This document shows, piece by piece, positions 37,350 to 46,398 of a stretch of DNA of 64,000 nt; position 1 is the stretch's first letter; each line of letters opens with the position of its first letter. Under the pieces are notes generated by a model. It ran no database searches. It was given only the letters and a program-made list of their open reading frames with translations, and had not been told where the DNA came from. The stretch lies in NCBI GenBank assembly GCA_965656065.1, contig CBFHIW010000003.1:23035-87034 (forward strand). The letters run 5' to 3'. Source of the DNA: Luminiphilus sp. Lineage in GTDB: Bacteria; Pseudomonadota; Gammaproteobacteria; Pseudomonadales; Halieaceae. The position numbers were made by a program, and so were the translations under genes.

Positions 37350-38855
37350 ATGAACCAAGCACTGCACCTTCCAGCTTATCCGGTCACTGATGACTGTATT
37401 GGCGGCGTCGCAGCATTTGAGCATACCCAGCCATGGATTTATGGGCTCGATAACCCCTACCTGCATGGCGTTTATGCCCCGACTACGCTTGAGCTCAGCG
37501 AGTCTGGCCTGCGGGTGGAGGGTGAGCTGCCCAAAGACCTGTTGGGAACTTATTTTCGCAATGGTCCCAACCCGATCCACCAGCCGGAAAACCGCTACCA
37601 CCCCTTCGACGGTGACGGCATGGTGCACGCCGTGTCGTTTTGCGAGGGCGAGGCTTCTTACCGCAATCGCTACGTGGAAACCGTGGGCCTCGCCGAGGAG
37701 CTTCAGGTAGGCCGCTCCACATCGAACGGTGTGATGGGCCCTTTTGATTTTGATGCCTCACCCTTTGGCATCAAAGACACCTCCAATACGGACCTGTTTT
37801 ACTACGCAGGTGGCCTGATGACCCTGTGGTATAACGCCGGTCACCCCTACCGCTTGAATCCCCAGACGCTGGAAACCGAGGGCTACTTCGAGCTCGAAGG
37901 ACGCAGCCACCGACGCCTGTCGGCGCACTCCAAGGTCGATTGGACGACCGGAGAGCTGCTATTTTTTGATTACGGGGATGAGCCTCCCTACATGACTTGT
38001 GGTGTGGCTGATCCCTCCGGGAAGCTTCTGCATGAGGCCGAAATTGATTTACCCGGCCCGCGCTTACCCCATGACATTGGCTTCACGCCCAACTACACCA
38101 TTCTTCACGATCTGCCGTTCTTTCATGACCCGAAGGTGCTCGAGCGCCATCATTTGCGGGTGCTGACTTTTCATCTTGATATGCCAACCCGATTTGGATT
38201 GATTCCCCGGTATGGCCGGGGGGACGAGATCCGCTGGTTCGAGTGCGAGCCCTGTTACATCCTCCATGTAAGCAACTGCTGGGAGGAGGGTGACTGGGTG
38301 GTGATGGACGGTTGCCGATCTGTGAACCCCATGCCTTCGGCCGCCAACGGGGAGGGCGAGCTCTCGCACATGCTGGCCTATATGCGCCTCGAGGCAAATA
38401 ACTACCGTTGGCGCTTTAATTTGCGCACGGGAGAAGTGCGTGAGGGCGACATCGACGACCTCAACACCGAGTTCAACAAGACCAACCCGCTCTATGCCGG
38501 CGTGAAAAGCCGTTATGCGTATCACCAGCGTATTCCGCTGCTGGAGGAGGGTGGGCATACCCTTCGCTTTACTGGACTGGTGAAGTACGACAATGAAACT
38601 GGCTGTCGGCAGCAGTGGGATTACGGTGAGGGTGTGTTCGGCAGCGAGGCGGTTTATGCGCCCAAGACTGGCGCGACGCGGGATGATGCTGAGGACGATG
38701 GCTATGTGGTGACATTAGTCACCGACAGCACTGACTGGTCATCCCGTTGTTTGGTGTTCGACGCAACCGATGTCGCGGCGGGTCCCATGGCTCGCGTGAC
38801 CCTGCCGCAGCGGGTGCCGTTTGGTTTTCACGCCAGCTGGGCGCCGGGCATCTGA
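37350..38855 (+). CDS. Carotenoid oxygenase family dioxygenase (apocarotenoid / lignostilbene-type)
   Basis: Trimmed to MNQALHLPAYP. All four iron-ligand His contexts are present: YHPFDGDGMVH, SAHSKVD, LPHDIGFT, FGFHASW. 501 aa. Confidence 0.85.
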   Translation: MNQALHLPAYPVTDDCIGGVAAFEHTQPWIYGLDNPYLHGVYAPTTLELSESGLRVEGELPKDLLGTYFRNGPNPIHQPENRYHPFDGDGMVHAVSFCEGEASYRNRYVETVGLAEELQVGRSTSNGVMGPFDFDASPFGIKDTSNTDLFYYAGGLMTLWYNAGHPYRLNPQTLETEGYFELEGRSHRRLSAHSKVDWTTGELLFFDYGDEPPYMTCGVADPSGKLLHEAEIDLPGPRLPHDIGFTPNYTILHDLPFFHDPKVLERHHLRVLTFHLDMPTRFGLIPRYGRGDEIRWFECEPCYILHVSNCWEEGDWVVMDGCRSVNPMPSAANGEGELSHMLAYMRLEANNYRWRFNLRTGEVREGDIDDLNTEFNKTNPLYAGVKSRYAYHQRIPLLEEGGHTLRFTGLVKYDNETGCRQQWDYGEGVFGSEAVYAPKTGATRDDAEDDGYVVTLVTDSTDWSSRCLVFDATDVAAGPMARVTLPQRVPFGFHASWAPGI

Positions 38856-38892
38856 TCTGCCGCGTCGCTGAAGCTCAGATCCTGAAGAGCAC

Positions 38893-39507
38893 TCAGATTT
38901 TTAAAAGCATCAACGCGGCCACCAGCACCATCAAACCTGCCGCGACCTTGTTCAAGTTAGCGAGGTGCCGCTCGGTGGTGAGGAATCGCCTGAGACCGCT
39001 CCCGCCCGTGGCATAGAGCGTCATTGACAGAAATTCCGAGGGCAGCATCACGCCCAGAAACACGACGAGCTGCTCAGGCGTTGAGTACTCCACGGACATA
39101 AAGCCCGGCAGCAGCGCGATCATGAACCCCCAACCTTTGGGGTTCATTACCGCCGTCACGTATCCCAGGATGAGCAACGCGCCGGGCGATAGATCCGGTT
39201 GGTTTTCGCCGCCCGCGAAGCGAGCGGGTTGCGTCCACAGCCGGTAAGCAATCCACAGCAGGTAGCTGCCGCCCACCAACGCCAGCAGGGCGAAATACAT
39301 CTCCGATAGCGACTGAATCCAGGCGAGCAGAATCACGCAGGTCGAAACCACCGTTGCGACGCCCGCTAATTCACCCCACATCATCCACAGCGTGCGCCGG
39401 TAGCCCTGTGAAAGACCCAGCGTGAAGGCTAGGGTCATACACATGCCGGGGGTGAGCGAGATGGCGGCGATCGTGGGGATAAACACCCACAGTAGTTCTG
39501 GGTTCAC
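38893..39507 (-). CDS. LysE/RhtB-family amino-acid exporter
   Basis: 204 aa, six hydrophobic segments, with the N-terminal ...SLTPGMCMTLAFTLG and NPKGW motifs typical of LysE-type translocators. Confidence 0.8.
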   Translation of the reverse strand: MNPELLWVFIPTIAAISLTPGMCMTLAFTLGLSQGYRRTLWMMWGELAGVATVVSTCVILLAWIQSLSEMYFALLALVGGSYLLWIAYRLWTQPARFAGGENQPDLSPGALLILGYVTAVMNPKGWGFMIALLPGFMSVEYSTPEQLVVFLGVMLPSEFLSMTLYATGGSGLRRFLTTERHLANLNKVAAGLMVLVAALMLLKI

Positions 39508-39525
39508 GTCGATCCGAATATGTGG

Positions 39526-40224
39526 CTATGCCGAGAGCATTGAATCAGAGAGCCGGCGATATCCAGCGAACATCGGTTCGACCACTTCGAGGCCACTGCT
39601 CTCCAAGACGCGAGCCAGCGGATACATGCAGGTGCACCCCAGTACGATCGCATCGTGGGGGTGACGGGTGGATAGCGCCGTAATCGACTGGACTACGCTT
39701 TCAATCGTCGTGACACCACAGGACTGAAACGTTTTCATCGCCTCTGCAGGCCCGCTCTCCGACGCCAGAATACTATCGCTGGAGAGATGCAGGATTTCGC
39801 TGCAGAAATCAGAAAGCCCCGATTCGTTCAGCATCATGTCGTAAATAAAGCGCATTCCGGGTGGCCATAGGGTGAGAATACTGAACCGCTCGGCGTGCCT
39901 TAGCGCCTGCCGCAGAGCGCCGGCGCCCGCTCCACTGACCGGTATATCGAGCGCAGTCTGCAATTTGGTAACGCCATAGTCCCCGACCGTGTTGATGTAT
40001 AGCGCTTCGGCACCGTCGGCGGCTGCCGCCATGCCGGCATCGAAATAGGCCTGCTCACAGATCAGTCGCTCTTGTGTTGATCTTGGAAACACCGCGTTGG
40101 GGACCGCCAAAAGTCGGCAGGAGATCGCTGCATCGCGAAGAGGCTCCGGCAGCGTGGCGTCGGGTGTTACCACCGTTGCATATCCTGAACCCAGCACAGA
40201 TATGGTCATGCGTTTGGTACTCAC
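39526..40224 (-). CDS. Asp/Glu/hydantoin racemase-family protein
   Basis: 232 aa with two pseudo-symmetric halves and the LGCTCM Cys motif near the C-terminal half. 18 nt upstream of the LysE gene on the same strand. Confidence 0.7.
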   Translation of the reverse strand: MSTKRMTISVLGSGYATVVTPDATLPEPLRDAAISCRLLAVPNAVFPRSTQERLICEQAYFDAGMAAAADGAEALYINTVGDYGVTKLQTALDIPVSGAGAGALRQALRHAERFSILTLWPPGMRFIYDMMLNESGLSDFCSEILHLSSDSILASESGPAEAMKTFQSCGVTTIESVVQSITALSTRHPHDAIVLGCTCMYPLARVLESSGLEVVEPMFAGYRRLSDSMLSA

Positions 40225-40316
40225 AGTGTGTTGATCACCATCCTCCCTTTATTACAGCTTAATCGCTATTCGGGAAGTTAGCCCACTGTTGTGTGATGAG
40301 TGTTCAGTGCCCAGCG

Positions 40317-40721
40317 TTACGCCATGATAAGGATGCCCAACAGCGCCAGCAGTTGCAGCATGTTGATGGCAACTGACAGCCGGTGAAGCCGAGCGAACTG
40401 TTTACCGGCGCTGACATCGCCCGAGAGCTCCCTGTCTCTGAGTGCATTGATGTGCGGCACCAGCCATTGCCGTATCCACAGCGTCGATACCGTAACTAGT
40501 AGGCAAACGCCGGAAGCCAGCGGCTGAGTGCCCACCCACAGCAAACCAGCTGTCATGGAGCCGATGATCAGGCTGAGGTAGTAACGCGGGAAGAGCTTCC
40601 GCAAAAAAAGACCCGCTTGCTCAGCAGGCAGGGCCTGAAACACGGTGGGCGCCACGCCCACGGCAAAGAAGAGCATGGCGCCTAAAGTGGCGGCGACGAC
40701 GTAGAGTGCGAGGGTTTCCAT
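40317..40721 (-). CDS. Small 4-TM membrane protein (DUF4149-like)
   Basis: Trimmed to METLALYVVAATLGAMLFFAVGVAPTVF, 7 nt after the upstream stop. Four hydrophobic segments. The family call is from memory only. Confidence 0.45.
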   Translation of the reverse strand: METLALYVVAATLGAMLFFAVGVAPTVFQALPAEQAGLFLRKLFPRYYLSLIIGSMTAGLLWVGTQPLASGVCLLVTVSTLWIRQWLVPHINALRDRELSGDVSAGKQFARLHRLSVAINMLQLLALLGILIMA

Positions 40722-40728
40722 AGTGAGC

Positions 40729-41064
40729 CTACTTTGAGCGCTGTTTGTATTGGGTGGCGCAGTAGCCGCGCGAAACCGACGGGTCCCGACGCGCACCGTG
40801 TTTGGTGACGCGGCCCGAAACACGCTGGCGCCAGTTTTTGAACGCCTTCGGCTTCAGCGACCGGCGCATCAGCCGAATCACGTCTCCTTCGGGTAGCCCG
40901 TAGAGACGCTCGATGGCCTCGAAGGGCGTGCGATCCTCCCAGGCCATCTCGATAACCCGCGAGTGATCGGCGGCGCTGAGGCCAATCTTGATGTCGGTCT
41001 TAACGTCATCGAGTGCGGGCTCGGGTGCGGCAATGGCGGGCGGAGAGGGTGTCAGATCAGTCAT
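40729..41064 (-). CDS. DUF2805 / TIGR03643-family protein
   Basis: IEMAWEDRTPFEAIERLYGLPEGDVIRLMRRSLKPKAFKNWRQRVSGRVTKH matches the conserved core I recall for this family. Confidence 0.65.
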   Translation of the reverse strand: MTDLTPSPPAIAAPEPALDDVKTDIKIGLSAADHSRVIEMAWEDRTPFEAIERLYGLPEGDVIRLMRRSLKPKAFKNWRQRVSGRVTKHGARRDPSVSRGYCATQYKQRSK

Positions 41065-41110
41065 GTTGAGCCTGAATGGTGATAGTGATCACACAGGGGG
41101 AATACGCCTT

Positions 41111-41124
41111 AAGGGAACTCCCTT
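41111..41124. promoter_or_regulatory. Palindrome AAGGGA-ac-TCCCTT in a divergent promoter region
   Basis: 6-bp perfect arms between DUF2805 (-) and the NAD(P)-binding gene (+). A second inverted repeat, CCCTAG-N11-CTAGGG, lies about 70 nt downstream. Confidence 0.3.
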
Positions 41125-41236
41125 GCTGAGACGAGCACTCTAGCGAAAGCGCAGGGGGATTACCGGCTCGGCCAGCCGACATTGACCCTAGAGAGCACCC
41201 CCCCTAGGGTGGGCAGATGGAAGACGGGTGCGAGTG

Positions 41237-42226
41237 ATGCGGGTACTGCTGGCAGGCGCAACAGGCTACATCGGACAGGCAGTGCTGCGCGAGTTAGTGG
41301 CTCAAGGTCACGAGGTGGTGGCGTTGGTGCGGCCCGGTCGGTGGTTGTCTCTGGCGCTTTCTGATGAGAAGCCCAATCAAACGCCTAATGAATTGCCTGA
41401 CGCAGTCACCGTCGTGGAGGCGGACATCACGGCTGATGAGGACTGGGCGGCATCGCTGCCAAACACTGACGCGGTGGTTTCCTGTCTCGCAAGCCGCAGT
41501 GGTGCGCCTGCTGATGCCAGGCTTGTTGAGTACGAAGCGAATCGCCGGCTACTCGCGTATGCGGAGCGGGCGGCGGTGCAGCATTTTGTGCTGTTATCAG
41601 CGATCTGTGTGCAGATGCCGCGCCTCGCGTTTCAGCGCGAAAAGCTGAAGTTCGAGGCGTTGCTGGATGAATCCTCAGTACCCGCAACGATCATCCGCGC
41701 CACCGCGTTTTTTCGCTCACTGGTGGGGCAGGTCGAGCGGGTCCGTGCGGGCAAACCCTTCCTGTTGTTCAGCAGCGGCAACACCACCGCCTGCAAACCC
41801 ATCTCCGATCGCGATCTGGCGAGGTTTATGGTGTCGAAGCTGGCGTCGCCACCATCGCGCACCGCGGTGCTCCCCATTGGTGGCCCAGGCCCGGCGCTCA
41901 CCCCACAGGATCAGGGGCGGTTGTTGTGCGAGACACTGGGCCAGCCGTTTCGTACCACTTCACTGCCGCCCGAGATGTTCGATTGGATCCGCTGGCTGAT
42001 CAGCCCACTGGGACTGGTGTCTCGACGCATGCGGGACCGCATGGAGTTTCTCCGCATTGCCAAGTTTTATGCCACCGAGTCGATGCTGTGCTGGGACGCG
42101 ACCGCCGAGCGCTATGACGCGGAGGCCACGCCCGAGTTTGGTGACGACACGCTGCAGGCGTTTTACGCCGGCGTGGCATCGGGTGAGATCGAGATGCCCG
42201 AGCGAGGTGAGCACAGCCTGTTCTGA
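41237..42226 (+). CDS. NAD(P)H-binding protein (NmrA-like / atypical SDR)
   Basis: MRVLLAGATGYIGQAVLRELVAQGHEVVALVR Rossmann motif. The start could also be 41228. Confidence 0.7.
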   Translation: MRVLLAGATGYIGQAVLRELVAQGHEVVALVRPGRWLSLALSDEKPNQTPNELPDAVTVVEADITADEDWAASLPNTDAVVSCLASRSGAPADARLVEYEANRRLLAYAERAAVQHFVLLSAICVQMPRLAFQREKLKFEALLDESSVPATIIRATAFFRSLVGQVERVRAGKPFLLFSSGNTTACKPISDRDLARFMVSKLASPPSRTAVLPIGGPGPALTPQDQGRLLCETLGQPFRTTSLPPEMFDWIRWLISPLGLVSRRMRDRMEFLRIAKFYATESMLCWDATAERYDAEATPEFGDDTLQAFYAGVASGEIEMPERGEHSLF

Positions 42227-42239
42227 GCGTGAGGTCCGC

Positions 42240-42896
42240 TTAGGTCCGCAACAACATCACCGTTGCCACGTGCGACGCGCTGATTGCCACTGTATGAATC
42301 GGTGCCGCATGCCAGGCTTGGGCCGCGCCGCGGGTTGGGGCAATCGCCAATGAGTGCGGGCCGGCGCGCGTGATCTCCACGTCCTGAAAGCCCACCCATT
42401 CCCGCGTGAGCGGGTACTGGCACTTATAGAAGCTTTCTTTGGCGCTGAAGAACAGTGTGGCCTCAAGCGCGACGATCTCCGTTGCAAGCGACCTGAAGTA
42501 ATTCGCCTCTCTCTCGGTGAACAGGGTTGGCCAAAGCTTGTGCTCCACCCGGCCGATGGTTTCGACGTCGACACCGACCGACTGGACGGCGCTGCGCTTG
42601 CCAACAGCGGCGACACAGAGCGTATCGCAGTGCGACAGGCTGCCCGTGCGGTCGCTTGGCCATACCGGCGCACGGTCCTCAGCGCGGCGCAGGGGTGCGG
42701 GCGGTAAGCCGAGTTGATCAGACAGCGCGCGCGCTAGCTCTCGCCCGGCGGCAAACTCCTTCTGTCGATTAGGGGCGGCGCTGGCAATGTCTTCCCACTC
42801 GTCAGGGTGCGTATCACCCGATAGCGCCTCAAGCGGCGCCCAGGCGATCGCGAGATCAGGGCCCGTCAGGTCAGTGAGCAGAGGGTGAATGGTCAT
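42240..42896 (-). CDS. 4'-phosphopantetheinyl transferase (EntD/Sfp-type)
   Basis: 218 aa with W-P...GSLSHC, VGVDVE and FSAKESFYK motifs of group II PPTases. Confidence 0.75.
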   Translation of the reverse strand: MTIHPLLTDLTGPDLAIAWAPLEALSGDTHPDEWEDIASAAPNRQKEFAAGRELARALSDQLGLPPAPLRRAEDRAPVWPSDRTGSLSHCDTLCVAAVGKRSAVQSVGVDVETIGRVEHKLWPTLFTEREANYFRSLATEIVALEATLFFSAKESFYKCQYPLTREWVGFQDVEITRAGPHSLAIAPTRGAAQAWHAAPIHTVAISASHVATVMLLRT

Positions 42897-43004
42897 GCTG
42901 CGATGGTAGCACCGCGAGGCTCAGGCACTGAGGCGCCTGATCACCGCGGTGTGGCAGCCCTGTCGCGAAGGTGCGTTCTAGACGCGTCGCTTAAATCGGC
43001 CGGA

Positions 43005-43457
43005 TCAGTGTTCGGGATTGTCGCTGGAGTTGATTGAGGGCGAACGCTGCGATGCCCAACTCAAAATCGCCAATGCCACCGCCAGTAACAGTACGGCGCC
43101 TGCCTCAAACAATAGCTTGCTGGGTTCGGCCTCTTTGCCCTGCAGAATAATCAGCCGCGTAATGCCGGTAATCGCGATCAGCACGGGGAGCGTGACCGGA
43201 ACGCTGTGGGTGGCGTAATAGGCATAGGCCATGCCGATCACCTCGAGATAGATAAACAGCAACAGCAGGTCGGCTAGTCTGACGCGGCCCGCGTCAAAAA
43301 ATGACGTGAGCTCCAGTGCCACTGCCAGCATGGTCAGCAGGCTGATGATGACCAGCAGGAGGCGCTCGGCCGCGCTGAAAAAGCCCAGCACGCCGCGATC
43401 GAGCTTCTCGGTGGCTTCGGGGTAGTCATTACCCAGCTGATGTTTGGCCATGGTCAC
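43005..43457 (-). CDS. PsiE-like (phosphate-starvation-inducible E family) membrane protein
   Basis: 150 aa, four TM segments, LLLFIYLEVIGM-type core. Family-level call only. Confidence 0.55.
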   Translation of the reverse strand: MTMAKHQLGNDYPEATEKLDRGVLGFFSAAERLLLVIISLLTMLAVALELTSFFDAGRVRLADLLLLFIYLEVIGMAYAYYATHSVPVTLPVLIAITGITRLIILQGKEAEPSKLLFEAGAVLLLAVALAILSWASQRSPSINSSDNPEH

Positions 43458-43603
43458 AGTCCGCCTTGATATTGCGTGCTATTGGCGGTGTATACGCTCC
43501 TCCAAGGAAAACCGTTCACGCACTTTGATTTGCAGTGAATCGGTCCAAAGAGTTGGGGCGTGAGGCGGGCGTTTCAGCCTGATATACCGAGCCGCGCTCC
43601 AGC

Positions 43604-44743
43604 CTAATCAAGCGGCGGAATGACCTTCTCGGCTGGTACCCATGGGATGTCCACGACTTCGGCCTCCCGCCAGCCATCGCCCGCATCCAGCGACAGCGTT
43701 GTACCCGTTGCAGCAAAAGCGGTTGGCACGTTGATGAGTGCGATGTTGTGCTCCAGCCGCGGTGACCAGCAGTAGCGCGTCACGTGGCCGACCACCTCAT
43801 CGCCGAATTTCACATCCATGAAATGCTGATTTGGCGTCACCGGGTCGCCGCCAAAGTTGGCGCCTACCAAGCGGCGTTCCGGGCCTGTCTTAGCAATGGC
43901 CTGAAGCGCCGCCTTGCCGACATAGTCATGGGGTTTGTCGATATCCAGCAGTCGATCCATACCGATCGTAAAGGGGCTGTCATTCAGGGTGATGTCGCTG
44001 CAGTAGGAGAGCAGCGCGCCTTCCATACTGCGTGCCAGCGATGGGCAGGCGGCTTGGATATTAAACTCAGCACCCGCTGCCATACACAGGTCCCACAGTG
44101 CGGTGCCTTTACTGCCGTCCTTCAGAATGATCTCGTAGCCCAGCTCGCCGCTCCAACCTGTGCGGCTAAGCACGACCGGGATGCCCTCTAGCGAGGTGTG
44201 ACAGAAATGGTAGTAGCCGAGCTCAGTGGCCAGATCGCCAAAGAGCTTTTGTGCCACCCGCGGTGCCAGCGGGCCCTGCAGTTGGAGCGGCGACGCATCG
44301 GGTTCGCGGACGGTGACATCCAGACCACTTTGTGCGGCGACACCTTTAGCCCATAGCAAGACGTCGCCATCACCGGGTGACAGCCAAAAGTGATTCTCGG
44401 CGTGTCGGTACATGACGGCGTCGTTAACGATGCCGCCGTTCTCATCGACAAAGACCACGTACCGGGCCCGGTTGATCGGACACTTGTCGATGTCTCGGGG
44501 GGTCAAAAGTTGGGTCAGTGCCAGAGCATCGGGTCCGATGATTTCCACCTGCCGTTCCGCGGCGACATCCCATAGCGAGACGCCCTCGACGATCGCCCAG
44601 TACTCGGCTGTGGTATCACCGTAGCTGGTAGGCATGAACATATGGTTATAGATGGTAAAGGCCTGAGCGCCTGCCTCGATGGTGGCGTCATAAAAGGGGG
44701 ATTTCCGGACTCGGGGCCCGATGGTGATCGCAGGTGATGACAT
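43604..44743 (-). CDS. GcvT-fold aminomethyltransferase, DMSP demethylase (DmdA)-like
   Basis: 379 aa, single domain, with RKSPFY, YNHMFMP, WDVAAERQVEIIGPDA, GGIVNDAV, EPDASPLQLQGP. Its size and blocks resemble the DmdA I remember from Ruegeria/SAR11 more than GcvT. Substrate is not provable from sequence alone. Confidence 0.7.
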   Translation of the reverse strand: MSSPAITIGPRVRKSPFYDATIEAGAQAFTIYNHMFMPTSYGDTTAEYWAIVEGVSLWDVAAERQVEIIGPDALALTQLLTPRDIDKCPINRARYVVFVDENGGIVNDAVMYRHAENHFWLSPGDGDVLLWAKGVAAQSGLDVTVREPDASPLQLQGPLAPRVAQKLFGDLATELGYYHFCHTSLEGIPVVLSRTGWSGELGYEIILKDGSKGTALWDLCMAAGAEFNIQAACPSLARSMEGALLSYCSDITLNDSPFTIGMDRLLDIDKPHDYVGKAALQAIAKTGPERRLVGANFGGDPVTPNQHFMDVKFGDEVVGHVTRYCWSPRLEHNIALINVPTAFAATGTTLSLDAGDGWREAEVVDIPWVPAEKVIPPLD

Positions 44744-44987
44744 GGTGTCACTCCGGAGGCGGCGCGATGGATCTTATGGTGGTCCAGATTATGGCGCCGA
44801 ATGCCGCGCCACGGAATCTTTTTGTCACGATTGTAATCAGCTTTGGCGTGCGCCACCGTTGATTGCCAAATAGGGTAGTAAACCGCTCCCCGCGGCTTGT
44901 GCCCTGACTCCGGCAGGGCTCAGCAGATCAACAGATAGATGATAGAGCCCGCGGCTTTGGAAGCTGCAGGCTGGCGCCGACCGCTGA

Positions 44988-46298
44988 TCAGGCGGCGGCT
45001 TTGGGGAACTCTGTCTCTGCAAATTCTAGCGGTGCGTCGAGTTCGCTATCGGTTGGAGCAACCGGCTCGTACTCCACCTCCTCGTCAGAGCGAGGGTCTT
45101 GGTCAAAAGCGGCCGGTGCCATGGCGGACGTCGCTGGTATGAACGCGCCTTGCTCTTCGATGGTGACGGCGGTGCGACCGGGTGGCTGAAGAATGATGAA
45201 TACACCGGTCACAAGGCTTGCGATACCAATAAAGGCAAATAGCGCACCGTCACCCATGCTGCGCATTGCCCAGCCGATGACCAGTGCGCTGCTGGCAGAT
45301 CCCAGCGCATTCAGCAGCAGCACCGAAGAGCCGATGGTCACAAATTCCTCGCTCTTGGAGTTATCGGCGGCCTTGGCGAGGGACACCGCGTAGAGTGAGT
45401 TGGCGAAGGCACCGAATGCGAAGGCACCGAGTAGCAGCGCATCGCGGGTGTCGGCCATGAGTAAGCCAAAGGCAGATAAACCGCTGGCGGCACAGAGTGC
45501 CGCCAGCACGTAGCGCCGGTCGATACGGTCTGACGCCATGCCAATCGGATACTGGGCCAAGGCCCCGCCGATGATATTGGCGGCGATAAACATTGGGACA
45601 AAGCTTGGGTCGTTGGTCTGCGCCAGCGCATAAATCGCCCCCAGTCCCCAAAAGGCACCCATTACCACGCCCGACCCCAGCGCGCCGGCAAAGGCGGTGT
45701 GGGAGCGTCGGTACAGCTTGAAAAAGTTAAACCGGGTGGCCGGCACTGGCGCCGGTGCCAGAGAGCGAGTGAGGCTCACGGGCACGATTGCAAGACCCAC
45801 CAGGAGTGACACCAATATGAAGGGGTAAAGCGGGTTGGCGTCGGTGAGACCTAACAGGTACTGGCCCACCGCCATCGAGACGAGGACGATCGCAGTGTAT
45901 ACCGACAGCACCCGGCCGTGGCGACTGCTGTCACTCTGCTCAGCGAGCCAGCTTTCGATCACGGTGTAGGAGCCGCACATGACGGCGCCCAGCACAAAGC
46001 GGACCAAGACCCAGAAGATGCCCTCGTCAACGAGACTGAGGAATAGGAAGCTCGACAGGAAGATGGCCAGCAACGCCGTGAAGCTGCGAATGTGCCCCAC
46101 CCGAGCGATGATGGGTGGAATCATCAGTGCACCGGTCAGGAAGCCTGCGAAATAGGCGGAACCACTCAGCCCGATCAGCGTCTGCGATAGACCCAGCTCA
46201 CTCGCGCGCAGCGGCAAAAACGTCATGTGTAGCCCATGACCAGCCAACAGAAAGGCAGTCGTGAACAGCAGTGACGATACGGGCCTAAAGGTGCTCAT
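44988..46298 (-). CDS. MFS transporter
   Basis: 436 aa with 12 predicted hydrophobic segments and an acidic C-terminal tail. Confidence 0.8.
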   Translation of the reverse strand: MSTFRPVSSLLFTTAFLLAGHGLHMTFLPLRASELGLSQTLIGLSGSAYFAGFLTGALMIPPIIARVGHIRSFTALLAIFLSSFLFLSLVDEGIFWVLVRFVLGAVMCGSYTVIESWLAEQSDSSRHGRVLSVYTAIVLVSMAVGQYLLGLTDANPLYPFILVSLLVGLAIVPVSLTRSLAPAPVPATRFNFFKLYRRSHTAFAGALGSGVVMGAFWGLGAIYALAQTNDPSFVPMFIAANIIGGALAQYPIGMASDRIDRRYVLAALCAASGLSAFGLLMADTRDALLLGAFAFGAFANSLYAVSLAKAADNSKSEEFVTIGSSVLLLNALGSASSALVIGWAMRSMGDGALFAFIGIASLVTGVFIILQPPGRTAVTIEEQGAFIPATSAMAPAAFDQDPRSDEEVEYEPVAPTDSELDAPLEFAETEFPKAAA

Positions 46299-46354
46299 GG
46301 TGCGCGCTCAGCTACTAACAGATGTTGCGAAAAGAGGCGCGCATTTTGCTCTTA

Positions 46355-46398
46355 AATTTGTCGCCCGCAAGTGACAAATTAGTGAATTTTTGGCGACA
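46355..46398. promoter_or_regulatory. Nested inverted repeats upstream of the MFS gene: AATTTGTC-N10-GACAAATT and TGTCGCC-N26-GGCGACA
   Basis: Read directly. 8-bp and 7-bp perfect arms sit in an AT-rich stretch 57-100 nt upstream of the MFS start (46298). Confidence 0.4.

Noticed and set aside
43458-43603. Pho box upstream of the PsiE-like gene.
   Set aside because: There is no CTGTCAT-type direct repeat on either strand, so a phosphate-starvation link cannot be supported from the sequence.
44744-44987. Possible riboswitch or leader upstream of the DmdA-like gene. Elements: GCCCTG-N7-CAGGGC hairpin flanked by a duplicated AAGCCGCGGG, plus a TGGCGC-N8-GCGCCA hairpin.
   Set aside because: I could not match these to the SAM, SAH, THF or glycine riboswitch consensus. 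The structures are short and unsupported without covariation data, so I kept this as a note rather than a finding.
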